Shown: piece by piece, positions 25,488-37,823 of the stretch
Numbering within the stretch: position 1 is the stretch's first letter
Layout: each line of letters starts with the position of its first letter
Assembly (NCBI GenBank): GCA_003427395.1
Contig: BFEA01000012.1
Coordinates: 4,356,326 to 4,420,325 of the forward strand
DNA length: 64,000 bases
Source of the DNA: Chara braunii
Lineage: Eukaryota; Plantae; Charophyceae
Reading direction: 5' to 3'
Program-made: the position numbers and the translations under genes
Notes under the pieces: model-generated
Seen by the model: only the letters and a program-made list of their open reading frames with translations
Told to the model about the DNA's origin: nothing
The model's database searches: none

Positions 25488-25649
25488 ATGAACGATCACT
25501 TGTTCGCACTCAATAAATCTGACCAATATCACGGCCTGATACATTCTGGGCAGAATCAAATGCAAGTGCTCTAATTCATCGGCCGAGGTAAATAATTCAC
25601 GGTGCTGATACGCAATGAATGCACAAATAAACAGTGCCGAGGCAAAATC
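25488..25649 (-). repeat. ~160-bp dispersed repeat; inverted copy at 30008-30168
   Basis: The reverse complement matches GATTTTGCCTCGGCACTG...AAGTGATCGTTCA at 30008-30168 with only scattered substitutions. Confidence 0.9.
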
Positions 25650-26119
25650 CACAATGATCGAATCAGCACTGTTAATGCACAGACCGATGAGGAGCATTGA
25701 GCACCAACAAGTATATTTGACTGACCGCTGTCAACGTGGAGACTCCGGACAGGTCCCACTGGTGCGTTGTTAGCTCTTCAAAAGCATGAACCCAGGCATA
25801 AAAATATCCAGGTTCATGCCATCTTGCCACGAAAATAAGACCAGTGAGACTTGCGAACCTTATATGCCTCTGCAGAAGCCCGTGCCACACCACGGGTCCC
25901 AATGGCTCACGGCTCCAAAACACGATTGTCTCCGCATGGCTCCGTCTGCACTTGCCTGCTCCTAGAAAGAAAAAACTCCAAAATTGTCCTCGGTGTTTTC
26001 CCAAACTACCTATTGAGCCCCTGAAAAAGTTCCCCTCACAACAATGACACCGTGACAGGAACAATGTCAAATGCAAGATAACAAACTTACCAGTAAGAAC
26101 ACTGGTGAATGCATTTGCT

Positions 26120-26425
26120 CTTCCACGAGGAACTATGTGATAACAACAAATCATCGATGCCAAACAGTACAGATTTCCACTGCATCGGACACTTTCTGGT
26201 GAATTCATTTGGTCTTCCACGAGGAACTATGTGATAACAACAAATCATCGATGCCAAACGGTACAGATTTCCACTGCATGGGACACTTTCTAACAGGCAT
26301 ATCTGGAGTTATTGAAACATTGGTGGCAATTTTATGACTTTACAACACTTCATTTTCTTTTCAGAATTGCCCCTCGCAGTGCAAATCTATGCCGTTTGGC
26401 ATTGATGATTTGTAATCACATATAC
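26120..26425. repeat. 94-bp-period tandem duplication plus a partial inverted third copy
   Basis: TTCCACGAGGAACTATGTGATAACAACAAATCATCGATGCCAAAC at 26121 and 26215; inverted AATCTATGCCGTTTGGCATTGATGATTTGT at ~26385. Confidence 0.85.
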
Positions 26426-26884
26426 CATTTGCCATTATGATCTGTCATCACATAATTCCCCTGTTGTTCTTGCTGCCTGGGGTGATATGAGCAGAGCCCC
26501 GGGAAGCACTCACGTGGCTCCTTTCTAATAGTGGGGAGACGTCACCTGCTGGGAACTGGGTCGAGCATCCCTTATATGAACGGGCCCAAGGCTTTAAGAA
26601 CATGCTCATGCTGGAAATCGGGTCCAGCACCTCTTGCTAAAGCAGGGGGATAAGATCACAGATATAAAAATGGCATAAAACTGGTTATTCCAGGGGGGCA
26701 GCTGTGGAACCAGGTTTTGCGTATGCAGGAGAATGGTCGTCGACCAACTGCAGCTTCATTCGACCTCCGACAGGGAAAGTGGATGTAGCGGAAAGGGGAT
26801 CCGGGAAGTCCGGTACTGGTCTGAGGGGAATGCTTGGTCCCATCCTTGACATTACAATTTTACAAGTCTATATTTTTTTGTGAG

Positions 26885-27811
26885 CTAGGCTACCAGAGTG
26901 GCCCGGGACCCCTTGCCCGGCCAGGCAAAAAAAGATTTAAAGAAAATAAAAACAAAAAAAAGTTCCTCATTTCTGCTTTTTATTTACAATTTGTAAAGAA
27001 TTTCGATGTGACCCTGAGGCAAAAGTTGTTGGCGAATTTTTGTAAGGGACGTCGGGCCCGCTTCCCAGCTTGGATTTTAATAAAGATTCGTCATCTTAAA
27101 AAAAAAAAAAAATTGTTCAGTTTATTTTGCGGCATAACATAGATTTTTTCTGATTTTTAGGACCTTCATTTCCTTACTATCTTCAAGGGAATAGCGGGTC
27201 TGGCGTCACGCTCCTGCGAGAACCGGCATTCAGTGTTGGGACCGCCGCGGGACAGCTGGCCTTGGGCCTACCGGGGAGCGTCCCGGTTGTTCGGAGTTGG
27301 CGGGTCCTTGGGCTCTATCCCGCCGTCGCTGAAGTCTGCGAATCGACGGTCGCAGTCCTGTCGGATTGCGAATGTTCTAAAATTTTTTATTTTTTTTTTT
27401 TTAAGCGAAGTATTTCTCCGTACTCTAGAGGTAGATCCAGTTTCGTGAGCAGTGCAGCGAGGCCCTAAGTCCAATACGAAACGACGCGAGAGGCCCCACA
27501 AAACGACAAAAAACAATAAGCAACGTATTTCTCCGTACTCCAGCGGTGGATTCAGTTTCGTGAGCAGTGCAGCGAGGCCCCAAGTCCAAAACGAAACGAG
27601 AGAGCCCACAAAACGACGAAAAAAGATAAAAGAAGGACACAGGTGTCCCGTGGGCCTGCCCCTTGCCCCGCCGCCTCTGCTCTTGGTCCCCGCCGCAGTC
27701 GCGGCGGGCATCCTCTTGTTTTATTTATTTTTGCTGGGACCTTCCCTGCTCCTTGCACGGCCGGGCTGCCTGCAAAGCAAGGTGACCCAGATGGCCCGGC
27801 TGGTAGCCTAG
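26885..27811 (+). mobile_element. hAT-type non-autonomous element (927 bp)
   Basis: TIRs CTAGGCTACCAG / CTGGTAGCCTAG with a perfect 8-bp TSD TTTGTGAG (26877-26884 and 27812-27819). Contains an internal ~114-bp tandem duplication (27410-27630). Confidence 0.92.
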
Positions 27812-28641
27812 TTTGTGAGTGATTTTTCAACATAGACTCTCTGATCTGCACACGATGAAAATCAGCACGGTCAGTAGAGGACTACTCCGGAAATATGAGC
27901 TTGGCAGCAAAATCATCCCTGGCAAAGCGTTAAGTGCCACGGTTGTTGCAGCCCTCCTGCGGGAGACAATGCTCTAAAACCAAGGGCCCCGCCCAGGTTC
28001 CACAGCAGTCACACTCCCAGCGTATCTCATATAGCGTTCATCAAAACAAAATTTGCACAACAAGCAATGGGAAACCCAGAGGCAGCAGTCAAACAGAAGC
28101 AATCACTTCAGACGCCATCGGGTGAGCAATCAAGATGATACTTCTCCCCGAAGAGGATGAGGGAAAAAATAATTTTGATGCTGACAAGGCAATCAATCGG
28201 TCAGTGAGATCACCGCAGGGGGCTGACAATACCCTGCCGACCCACCACCAATCACCTCAGCAAACCCCACACACACAACTTGAGAACAACTTGGGCATGT
28301 GTAAACGATGGCTATGAGAGGACAAGGTACATACAAAAATGGACATCCAAACTCCCATGCAATGGCATATGTATACTACTGGTAGGCTGCAAAAGAGGCA
28401 AAAGCCTAGGCAAATGGTAAAAGATGAGACCACGCCTATGTGGATAGACACCTCAATTCAATAATAAACAGGATAACATCCAAAGATACCAAGCCACACA
28501 GTCGGGTGGATCCACCATCACCTTCATTCTACCACCATTCTCCAATTTTCTTAATTGCCGTCTTTGATGCATCCACTTTCATTCTACCACCGTTCTTCAA
28601 TTTTTTTATTTTTTTATTTTTTTATTTTTTAGAAAAAACAA

Positions 28642-28694
28642 GCTCCATCTATTGGTGGGGAGCAGCACCTGCTGGAAACCGGGTCCAGTGTCCC
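28642..28694 (+). repeat. Short dispersed repeat (inverted copy at 63128-63180; related copies at 26530-26635)
   Basis: GCTCCATCTATTGGTGGGGAGCAGCACCTGCTGGAAACCGGGTCCAGTGTCCC matches the reverse complement of 63128-63180. Confidence 0.75.
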
Positions 28695-29349
28695 ATAGAT
28701 ACAACCATATCCTCACAAATTGGCACCAACTGGGAAATTGTCATCTTTTGAAATCTACATGCAGTGCATGTGTTTCCTTTCTTGGTGGGGAGCGCCTATT
28801 CTAATTTCCCAACTCCAATTTATGGGTCAACCCCTTCACACTTAAATCCGACACTTGGCATTTTGCTCACGTGTGTGATCAAACCGTCCAGCTGATACGG
28901 GAGTTTCCAGACTCATCCTGAGACTTCAATCCCCAAAAAATTCTGGCTGGACCCCTCTGCTACACACTGGGCTCAAATACTACGCGCTCTGCAGGTGCAA
29001 GTTTGCCTCTAACAACGCATACCCATGCATTTCGAACAGAGCAAGGTTGCCTATAACAATGCACATACCCACGCATTTTGAACAGAAGCCCTAAGCTGCG
29101 TAACCAAATCTAGGTAACAGTGCAGCGTAACCAAATACTTCACGGTTCGAAACACAAGACTGTGATCACACCATCACCATACCATAACTCCCAGTGCAGT
29201 TTAACCGAATCGAGGTAACCTATGACGAGTAGGCTGTGGGAAGGACCAGAGAGACCCTGCATATCCACCTCTGATAGTTCTTATCAAAAATCATGGTGGG
29301 CACCTTCACATGGTCGTGAGCATCAGTTGAGACCTACCATCTTCTTGAC

Positions 29350-29885
29350 TACTGTCTTCACCCAAAAATGACACCCGGGCGTTATACGAATATAACGCCC
29401 AGCGCATTATATTTGTTTATAATGCCCAGGTGTCATATTCAGCAAAGTGGTAGCAACTTCGGTGGGGCCCGAATTTTATTTTATTTTTTCAAAAAAAATC
29501 TGCAGAAAAGAAAAAATGTTGTCAAGAACTGCAATGCAACAACCTTTTTTCTTTTCTTTTCTTTTCTTTGGCTTAGGGTAGGTTGAAAATTACTTATAAA
29601 TTCGGGAAAAAAAAAGGAAACAGAAAATCAAACCAAACAAATACCCTCGGAAGCCCAAACCCCTTCCAATCCCTTTAAAATCCATGTATACCACCTTTCT
29701 CCCCCTTGAAATCCCATGTATACCCCTTTCCCCCCCTCCCTTTAAAACCCATGTATACTCCATCTACAAGGCACTTTACCCATGGCACATTCAATATATA
29801 TAACACCCGGGCATTCTTTTCGAATACAACACCCAGGAGTAGTATTCAAAAGGGCGTTATATTAAAAATTAGGCGAGTAAAAATA
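29350..29885. mobile_element. Degenerate Tc1/mariner(pogo)-like MITE
   Basis: Left end TACTGTCTTCACCC resembles the TACCGTCTTCCCCG terminus seen in the 187-bp repeats and at 35285. Subterminal hairpin GGGCGTTATA-CGAA-TATAACGCCC, with related motifs near 29800-29865. Confidence 0.45.
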
Positions 29886-30007
29886 AAAATCTGATTTTTA
29901 AAGCATAAGTTGAAAAGAAAGCCCAGGCTTCATTTTCGGGTGCCGACATTAGTAGTCAGGGCCTCAATCACCATTGAGGCTGCGGGTCACAAAAGAGGCA
30001 TGGCCTT

Positions 30008-30168
30008 GATTTTGCCTCGGCACTGTTTATTTGTGCATTCATTGCGTATCAGCACCGTGAATTATTTACCCCGGCCAATGAATTAGAGCACTCGCATTTG
30101 ATTCTGCCCAGAATGTACCAGGCCGTGATATTGGCCGGATTTATTGAGTGCGAATAAGTGATCGTTCA
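30008..30168 (+). repeat. ~160-bp dispersed repeat, second copy
   Basis: See 25488-25649. Confidence 0.9.
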
Positions 30169-30316
30169 CTCGGGTGCCGACAGTAGCAGGCATGGCCTTG
30201 ATCACCAAAAATGAAGCCCGGGCTTCATTTTTGGGCAGACAGCTTGAATAGTTGTGGAAGGGGTAGAAAAATTCCTACATACCAACCTGACGGAACGGAG
30301 TCGTCTTCCATCGTTG

Positions 30317-30428
30317 GCACCATTGTGACTGTGGGTCACACAAGAGCTAGCGGTCCGCACCATTGCTACTGTGGGTCACACAAGAACTAGAGGTCGGCAC
30401 CATTGCGACTGTGGGTCACACGAGCTAG
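30317..30428 (+). repeat. ~40-bp tandem repeat x3
   Basis: GCACCATTG..ACTGTGGGTCACAC..GA.CTAG occurs three times. Confidence 0.85.
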
Positions 30429-31489
30429 CCTGGCCAGCACTTCTTCCGCCCTTAGCTATGGTCATAATTAGCACAGTGTGCGCAACTTTCAGGCCAGAGA
30501 GCTGTAGCGACCATCTACTCGTTCGCTCGCCACAGTGTGCATATGGTCTTATACAGCGGCACACTGCTGTTGAAGAGTTCTGTGCCAGCTATTTACCCCC
30601 CCCCCCCCCCCCCCTTGGAAGACCTTAGAGGACCCTCCAGCGGTGTGAACGGACAAATCTGGGACCACAGTCAGCTACATAAGCATGGCTCATTAAAAGA
30701 TATCAAACGCACCCATGGAAAGGAAAGCGGACATGTGAATGACATAAAAACCACCAGTCCCTTCCAAAAAAGGCAAAAGAGAATTTGAGAGAAGAATATA
30801 GCATAGTTTTCCTCAACGAAAAAACAACGGTGTGCAGCAGGGGAGGCCGCAGGGGAGGCCGCAGGGGGGATTGGCAATGCGGGCAAGGAGAAAAGCAGGG
30901 CCCACTTTCGGAAGTGAGACCGCTGCACAGCCTACCTGACGGCCCGGGAAAGAAATACGACTCAATGATTAAGGGCATACTCACACTAGAACTTTCTGAA
31001 CTCAACTCTGGAAGTAAATGGCAAATACGTCAAGTGCTAGTCTGAGTATGTCCTCAGACAAGTGAACAAAACGTAATTGTTTCGTTGGTCCAAAAATAGG
31101 GGTTAGGGCCTCAAAACATTGCCACCCAAAAAAACTCAAGGACTACTATTCCAATCGCATATCCGTGGTTCGTTGACTGGGACTCACGAAAAACGTTGAT
31201 TGATTGATTGATTGGGCCGCGTTGGTGGCTTCAACATGTTTGTTTTTTTTTTTTACATAAGTGGGTGCGCAGTGTTATCAGTGTGCAATGTGCATGTAAG
31301 CTGGACTACCTCGGTTCCCTGAAGAGGACTACCTCAGCTCCTCCTCCCGTCACGTGCATGTGTCTTCATCGTGTGCATTTCAATGGTGGGTTTCGCCCTT
31401 TATCTTTCCCCTCCCCCTTTTTTCCCCTTTGAACCTGCCTCGCACCCCCCTCCCCCATTTTTCGTCCTTTTCTTTCCCCTCCACTTCCT

Positions 31490-31655
31490 TTTGTTTAAGA
31501 GGGCAACGGCCTTCAGATATCATCATTGAACTGACCGGCCCCAGGTAATTCAGAATTTTTTGGCTCTGGTCAGCTGATTGTATCTGGATTCGAACTTGGA
31601 TCCGTATTTCAACTGTTCGTGGGTGCGCCAACTGAGCTAGGCCCGTTACCCTCCC
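31490..31655 (-). mobile_element. tRNA-related SINE-like element with Pol III internal promoter boxes
   Basis: Minus strand has A-box TAGCTCAGTTGG (31639-31628) and B-box AGTTCGAATCC (31596-31586) at tRNA-like spacing. It does not fold into a complete cloverleaf; the extent is approximate. Confidence 0.6.
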
Positions 31656-32010
31656 ATTTTTGTTATCACTGTTGTTGTCGTTGTTGTCTTACTTCTTCTG
31701 TCCCTTATTCGTCATCTTATTCTACTTCTTTGACTTCCCTTGTCAAAACAATAAAAGCAAAAACAAAAACACGAAATACGAAAAAATTGTCTATCATACT
31801 CCGTGCCAACGGCTACCGAAGGGCGTCAAAAACTGGCCAAAATTGGCCAATCCACAGTAAGGGATAATAAGGGATACAGAAAAGGGATACAGAAAGTAAA
31901 AAGTATATTGGAGTCCCTGGTAGAAATAAGTCGACCAGGACAGAGGATCGGAGTCCCTTGAATAGCCATACTAAGCCAAGGGATACAGAAAAGTACAAAG
32001 GGATAGCCAA

Positions 32011-33277
32011 CTAGTGGATGTCCAACTAGCCATAGCCCGACGGTCCAAGGGACTCCGATCCTCCACCCTGGTCGACGTATTCCTACCAGCAGGCCACGGA
32101 TTTTGTACTTAGGCCACGGATTTTGTACTTCCTGCTGCTACGGGTCGCCCGGTTTTAGGGGCAGGAGGAATGTCGGCTCACGTCCACTTCTCGTATGCTG
32201 CAAACTTTGCATTCCCTTCCGCCACCGGTCGCCCGATTTTCAGGAGAGGGACTGGTGGTTTGAACGCAACGACCTGCCACCAGAATGTACAAAGCTAAGG
32301 TGCTAATGGCACACAGGTTGTAGCACCCACATGCATTCTGTTGCACAGTATCTTGTAACTCTTTCTTTCAGGATTCACGACTGCAGGAACAACCTTTTTT
32401 TTCTTTTTTCTTTTTTTTTAACCCTTCCCCGCCCCAAGATGGCTATCTTATAGACCATCGGCTTCCCTACAACACGAGATGCTCGTGAAGAAAACGCAGC
32501 AGGCTGTCGCCAACTGTTCGCACCCCAAAAAAGAAACTACCACAAACAGTCAGATTGCCCTCGTCAGACACGGAAGCCGGCGAGATTGAGAAAAGGCCTG
32601 CCATCCCCCAAATAGTGCGAAAACACTCATGGAACCCAAGTGGCTAAGTTCTTGCCAAAAATAGAACGGAGGAAAGCGGTTTAGCAATGCACACCGGATG
32701 AATTGCCCAATCCTCAACAGCTTCCGGCCACCGCATTAGCACACGTGCTGCGGCTGGGACACACAGACTCGGAGGTCACAGCAAGGAGAAACAGACGAAT
32801 CAGGGAAAGCTGCCTCGGGCATCATACAGTTACTCAACAATCGTGGTTGCTATACGGTCGCCGACGATTCTTCCCCCCTCCCACACCTCATTCCTGTCAC
32901 TGTAACGGAAGGTATTGTTCCTGCAGTCGTGAATCCTGAAAGAAAGAGTTAAAAGATACTGTGCAACAGAATGCATGTGGGTGCTACAACCTGTGTGCCA
33001 TTAGCACCTTAGCTTTGTACATTCTGGTGGCAGGTCGTTGCGTTGAAACCACCAGTCCCTCTCCTGAAAATCGGGCGACCGGTGGCGGAAGGGAATGCAA
33101 AGTTTGCAGCATACGAGAAGCGGACGTGAGCCAACATTCCTCCTGCCCCTAAAACCGGGCGACCAGTAGCAGCAGGAAGTACAAAATCCGTGGCCTGCTG
33201 GTAGAAATACATCGACCAGGGCGGAGGATCCGAGCCCCTTGGAACGTTGGGCTATGGCTAGTTGGGACATCCAATAG
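32011..33277. repeat. Long inverted repeat: arms 32011-32392 and 32915-33277, ~520-bp spacer
   Basis: The arms are reverse complements over ~365-380 bp; the ORF track shows the same peptide on opposite strands. The left arm has a 20-bp internal duplication. Confidence 0.93.
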
Positions 33278-33519
33278 TCGCCTGTCACTGTAACGGAAGG
33301 TATAATAAGGGATACAGAAAAGTAAAAAGTACATTAGCCTGCAGTATCGCCGCTGACCACCAAAGACGGCATTTGGCAATGTATGGTCCACACTCAGAGC
33401 AACTTCAGGACATCTGCTGAGAAAGGCACAACCTAGTCTCGGAATATACAGAGACCATGAACTAACAGGCATACTGGGTTTCCTTACCCACCATGGATGG
33501 ACATGAGGCTAAGAACCAT

Positions 33520-33576
<57 letters not shown>

Positions 33577-33960
33577 CTAAAGGACAGGTCATACACGATG
33601 TCGCGGTCAATCGAACCGATCTCCTTTAGATCTCAGATATCGCCACATTTTCCATAAAATCAGCTATGGCGGTGGTCTTTCTTCGATTTCCTCTTTCACT
33701 AAACCCCGCACAACAATATTTGGTCGGACTTCAGACAACTACTATAATTCGACCTCTTCCTTCTCACTGAAGACACCGGAAAGTGCGCCGGATGGCTCTT
33801 CTTACTGCCTCCATCCTCCAGCTTTTTCCTTCAGACTGGGACAGACACGACTCCTTTGCACGAGATTGTGCGTGCCTTTAAGAAAACTACCGGTAGTCGA
33901 GATTTCTGTGTTGCCTTTTTACAGAAACTACCTTCTTTCCCCCGCATACAACGAACGGTC

Positions 33961-34527
33961 ATTATGCCCCTGTATTTCAGGCAACTTTCAGTCCAGATAC
34001 AGAAACATTGCCCCTGTATTGTTCTATTCGGGGGAGGACGGTAGTCAGTTCTCTGTGCCTTGCAACAGAAACTACCAGTGTTTGCCCTCTTAGAAAAACG
34101 AAATACACAATTCTCCGCTGTCGAGTTTTTCGCCACAAACCAGATGGATTATGCCCCTGTATTTCAGGCAACTTTCAGTCCAGATACAGAAACAATGCCC
34201 CTACATTGTCTATTCGGGGGAAGACGGTAGTCTGTTCTCTGTGCCTTACAACAGAAACTACCAGTGTTTGCCCTCTTAGGAAAACGAAATACACAATTCT
34301 CCGCGGTCGAGTTTTTCGCCACTAACCAGATGGATTATGCGCCTGTATTTCAGGCAACTTTACAGTCCAGATACAGAAACAATGACCCTACATTGTTCTA
34401 TTCGGGGGAAGACGGTAGTCAGTTCTCTGTGCCTTGCGACAGAAACTACCAGTGTTTGCCCTCTTCGAAAAACGACATACACAATTCTCCGCGGTCGAGT
34501 TTTTCGCCACTACCGCACCCAGATGGA
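33961..34527 (+). repeat. ~187-bp tandem repeat x3, each unit carrying a Tc1/mariner(pogo)-like terminus TATTCGGGGGAAGACGGTA
   Basis: Units start at 33961, 34148 and 34334. Confidence 0.9.
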
Positions 34528-34669
34528 TGGATTAATCTCTCTCTCCTTTCTCCGATGCATCTCCTCCCTTCGGAAACACACTCCGCAGGCTTGAGCAACT
34601 ATACACCTCGAGAAGATAAACAAACGACATCCACTTTGACTCTTGTGCATAAGTATATTTTCGTTCAGT

Positions 34670-35007
34670 GCAGTCGCTTCGCTCCACTACTCACCAGATG
34701 CACAAAAGACAAAAAAACACGGCGGCGTATCTTCCCACGTTCCAGCGGAAGATTCATTCTCATTTCGTACATTTGGTGAGGGGCAGTCACTTCGCTCCAC
34801 TACTCACCAGATGCACAAAAGACAAAAAACGTGGCGGCGTATCTTCCCACGTTCCAGCGGAGGATTCATTCTCATTTTGTACATTTGGTGAGGAGCAGTC
34901 ACTTCGCTCCACTACTCACCAGATGCACAAAAGACAAAAAACATGGCGGCGTATCTTCCCACGTTCCATCGGAAGATTCATTCTCATTTTGTACATTTGG
35001 TGAGGAG
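34670..35007 (+). repeat. ~112-bp tandem repeat x3
   Basis: Units start at 34670, 34783 and 34895. Each contains the hairpin ATCTTCC-n11-GGA(A/G)GAT. Confidence 0.92.
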
Positions 35008-35284
35008 TGGAGCGCGAGCCCCAAAGACAAAACTCAAATGGAAAGGGTGACATCGTTGCTTCCCTTTCTGTCTCTCTGCCGCGTCTCCTCTCTGTTTGTT
35101 CCTTTGTCTGCTTTCCGTCCGTTTCGCTCGTGCGCCTTACTTCACGTAAAAGATCAGATTTCGAGTGTCAGTGTGTAACGTTGCATCACTGCCCTCGCGT
35201 TCGTTTCCATTGTGTGTTTCTTCATTCCTCGCCACTCAATGTGTCCTTCATTACAAATCGCGATGCTATACTGAAATCTCGACG

Positions 35285-35391
35285 ACAGTCTTCCCCCGAA
35301 CATAACGCACTCTGAAAATGTATGAATACAAGCTATATTTCCGGCCAAATACAGCCAAAATAAGGTTGTGTTGTGTTCGGGGGAAGACGCT
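35285..35391. mobile_element. Miniature (~107 bp) inverted-repeat element, Tc1/mariner(pogo)-like
   Basis: Ends ACAGTCTTCCCCCGAACATAAC and GTTGTGTTCGGGGGAAGACGCT are inverted. Confidence 0.6.
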
Positions 35392-36210
35392 AGTTTTCTT
35401 AAAGGCACACACAATCCCGACTATTGATTTACTGTTCACGTTTCAATCGAATACAAATCGCGATACTCCTTCGCTTCCCGGTTGGCATCCACTCTTTCCT
35501 CGCAGTACTCACTGTAAGCGCCCCTCACATCTCATCCCTGTCCTCCCGCCGATTGACTATTGATTCACTGTTCATCCCTTTCCCTTCTCGTTCGATAGAC
35601 TGCTTTTGATTCTCTGAATTCCTTGGTAAATTCGATGTCCACTCACCCACATGATTCACCACCGTTCAGCCACACTTCATTCACGTTCACGTTTCATTCT
35701 TCAGACGTCCATGATTTCACCCATCCCTTTCATCCATTCTATCGCTTTGATTAATTAATCGACTACATGTACAAAGCCGGGGTACGTCTAAGAGACCGAT
35801 CGGAGCTGACGAACAGGCGAATCTGTTGCGGCTAAAACAAAGTGAGCAACCATAAGAAGGAGAGAGAAGAGGGAAGAGAGAGAGAGCAGCGAGAGATGAA
35901 AGATTTGATGACCACGATGGTGAGAGAGCGCGAAGGGGCCAGAGAAAGAGAGAGAGAAATGAAAGATTCGGCCACGATATTTCTACAGACGAACGAACGA
36001 ACGAACGAAGGAACAATTGGCAATCCGCCCTCCTCTCACACTGGGGCTATTCTCTATATTCTATTCCCTCACAAGCAGAAAAAGGGTTATGCGGTACTGT
36101 GGAAGATATCGACCCATCAGAAAATATAACAGCCCTCTCTTCGTCTCAATCGATTTTTTCGGATCGCAACTGCAGGATCTACCTAACCCCAGTCAATCCA
36201 TTCCTAAACA

Positions 36211-36745
36211 TCCATCATTCGAGAGCCTCGTGGCGCCGATCTTCGTTTCCATGAATATGATCGGTCTCCATCATTCGAGAGCCTCGTGGCGCCGATCTAC
36301 GTTCCATGAATATGATCCATCTCCATCATTCGAGAGCCTCGTGGCGCCGATCTACGTTCCATGAATNNNNNNNNNNNNNNNNNNNNNNNNNNNNNNNNNN
36401 NNNNNNNNNNNNNNNNNNNNNNNNNNNNNNNNNNNNNNNNNNNNNNNNNNNNNNNNNNNNNNNNNNNNNNNNNNNNNNNNNNNNNNNNNNNNNNNNNNNN
36501 NNNNNNNNNNNNNNNNNNNNNNNNNNNNNNNNNNNNNNNNNNNNNNNNNNNNNNNNNNNNNNNNNNNNNNNNNNNNNNNNNNNNNNNNNNNNNNNNNNNN
36601 NNNNNNNNNNNNNNNNNNNNNNNNNNNNNNNNNNNNNNNNNNNNNNNNNNNTCGTGGCGCCGATCTACGTTCCATGAATATGATCGATCTCCAGCATTCG
36701 AGAGCCTCGTGGCGCCGATCTACGTTCCATGAATATGATCGATCT
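36211..36745 (+). repeat. ~55-bp minisatellite spanning an assembly gap
   Basis: Unit TCCATCATTCGAGAGCCTCGTGGCGCCGATCTACGTTCCATGAATATGATC... at 36211, 36267 and 36322, and again after the N-run at 36367-36651. Confidence 0.92.
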
Positions 36746-37334
36746 CTGCAAAATGTTACGTTCCATCATTCACGAGCAATCTTCGTTTGGTACCTAACAC
36801 TTCTGACTCGCAAAATAGAGGCGGAAGGCTCTCAGGGAATTGCGTATTCGAGGTCAACGGGCGAGGCGTGGGAAGGGAATTGCGTGTCCAAGTCTTCTTA
36901 GCATCACACATGTACGGAAAGACGGACGAACCGCACAGTAGCACCGTCGTACGTAATTATGCAGAGTACTTAAAAAAAAAAAAAAAAAAAAAGACCAGAT
37001 GACTACAACGGCACTTGTACTGACGAATTGGCTGCCTACTAAACGACAAACTTTCAGAGAGTGGGAAAGAAAGGAACATAAGGAAACAGAACGAGGGGGA
37101 GCAGAGGAAGGGGGAAGAAAGAAGGGTTCATACACAGAGGTGCGAATGAAAAGAGGGAAGGGGGGGAGGGGGTGGGGGGGGCGTTGGGGGGGAGGGAAGG
37201 AGGATGTACAGAATTATAGAGAAAGAGAAGCGGAAAAGGTAGGATGCAACAAACTATTAGTGGTGCTGCGAGAAGGAGAGAGGGGATTTCCGGTAAGACA
37301 AATAAAAGCGCTGAAAAGGAGAGAGGGTACTCAC

Positions 37335-37823
37335 CTGTGGACTGCTTATTCGGATTAGCGTCCGTCTCCTCCATGTTGTAAGGGACATCACAGACCGTCG
37401 TGGCATCTGACGCGTAATTGACATCTTCAACGGGATGAGCCCTTGGTTCTGACTCCGGTTCCGATGACGAATCCGCCGTCGTGACATCGTTGCCACCACC
37501 CTTCGTCCCATTCCCCTCAGAGGCGAAGGCATCATTTTTTTCAACCACCACAACCACCTCCTGCTCCTGCTCCGCTTCCTCCTGCCTCCGTTCCAATTTC
37601 GCGTCCAGAGCTATAGCCGGAGGAGGAAGGGACACGTTCTCAACACCACAATCGCTGACCCCTTCAAGGGTCACCGTCCTCGCTGGAGACACCGCTCCTC
37701 GAGATTTGTTCTGAAGAACCGCACGACAGAGCGTCGCAGCACAACTGCTACCCTTCCTCTCCCTCCTCTTCTTCAGGACCGAAACTTTTCCGTTGACTCC
37801 ATCGGAATTCACGCCGTTACTTC
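37335..37823 (-). CDS. Probable internal coding exon (489 bp, phase 1-1) of an unidentified gene; acidic/disordered peptide
   Basis: Pyrimidine-rich acceptor TTTTGCTTGCCAG, strong donor CAG|GTGAGT and an open frame throughout (GSNGVNSDG...KKRRERK...NKQSTG). No recognisable domain. Confidence 0.6.
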
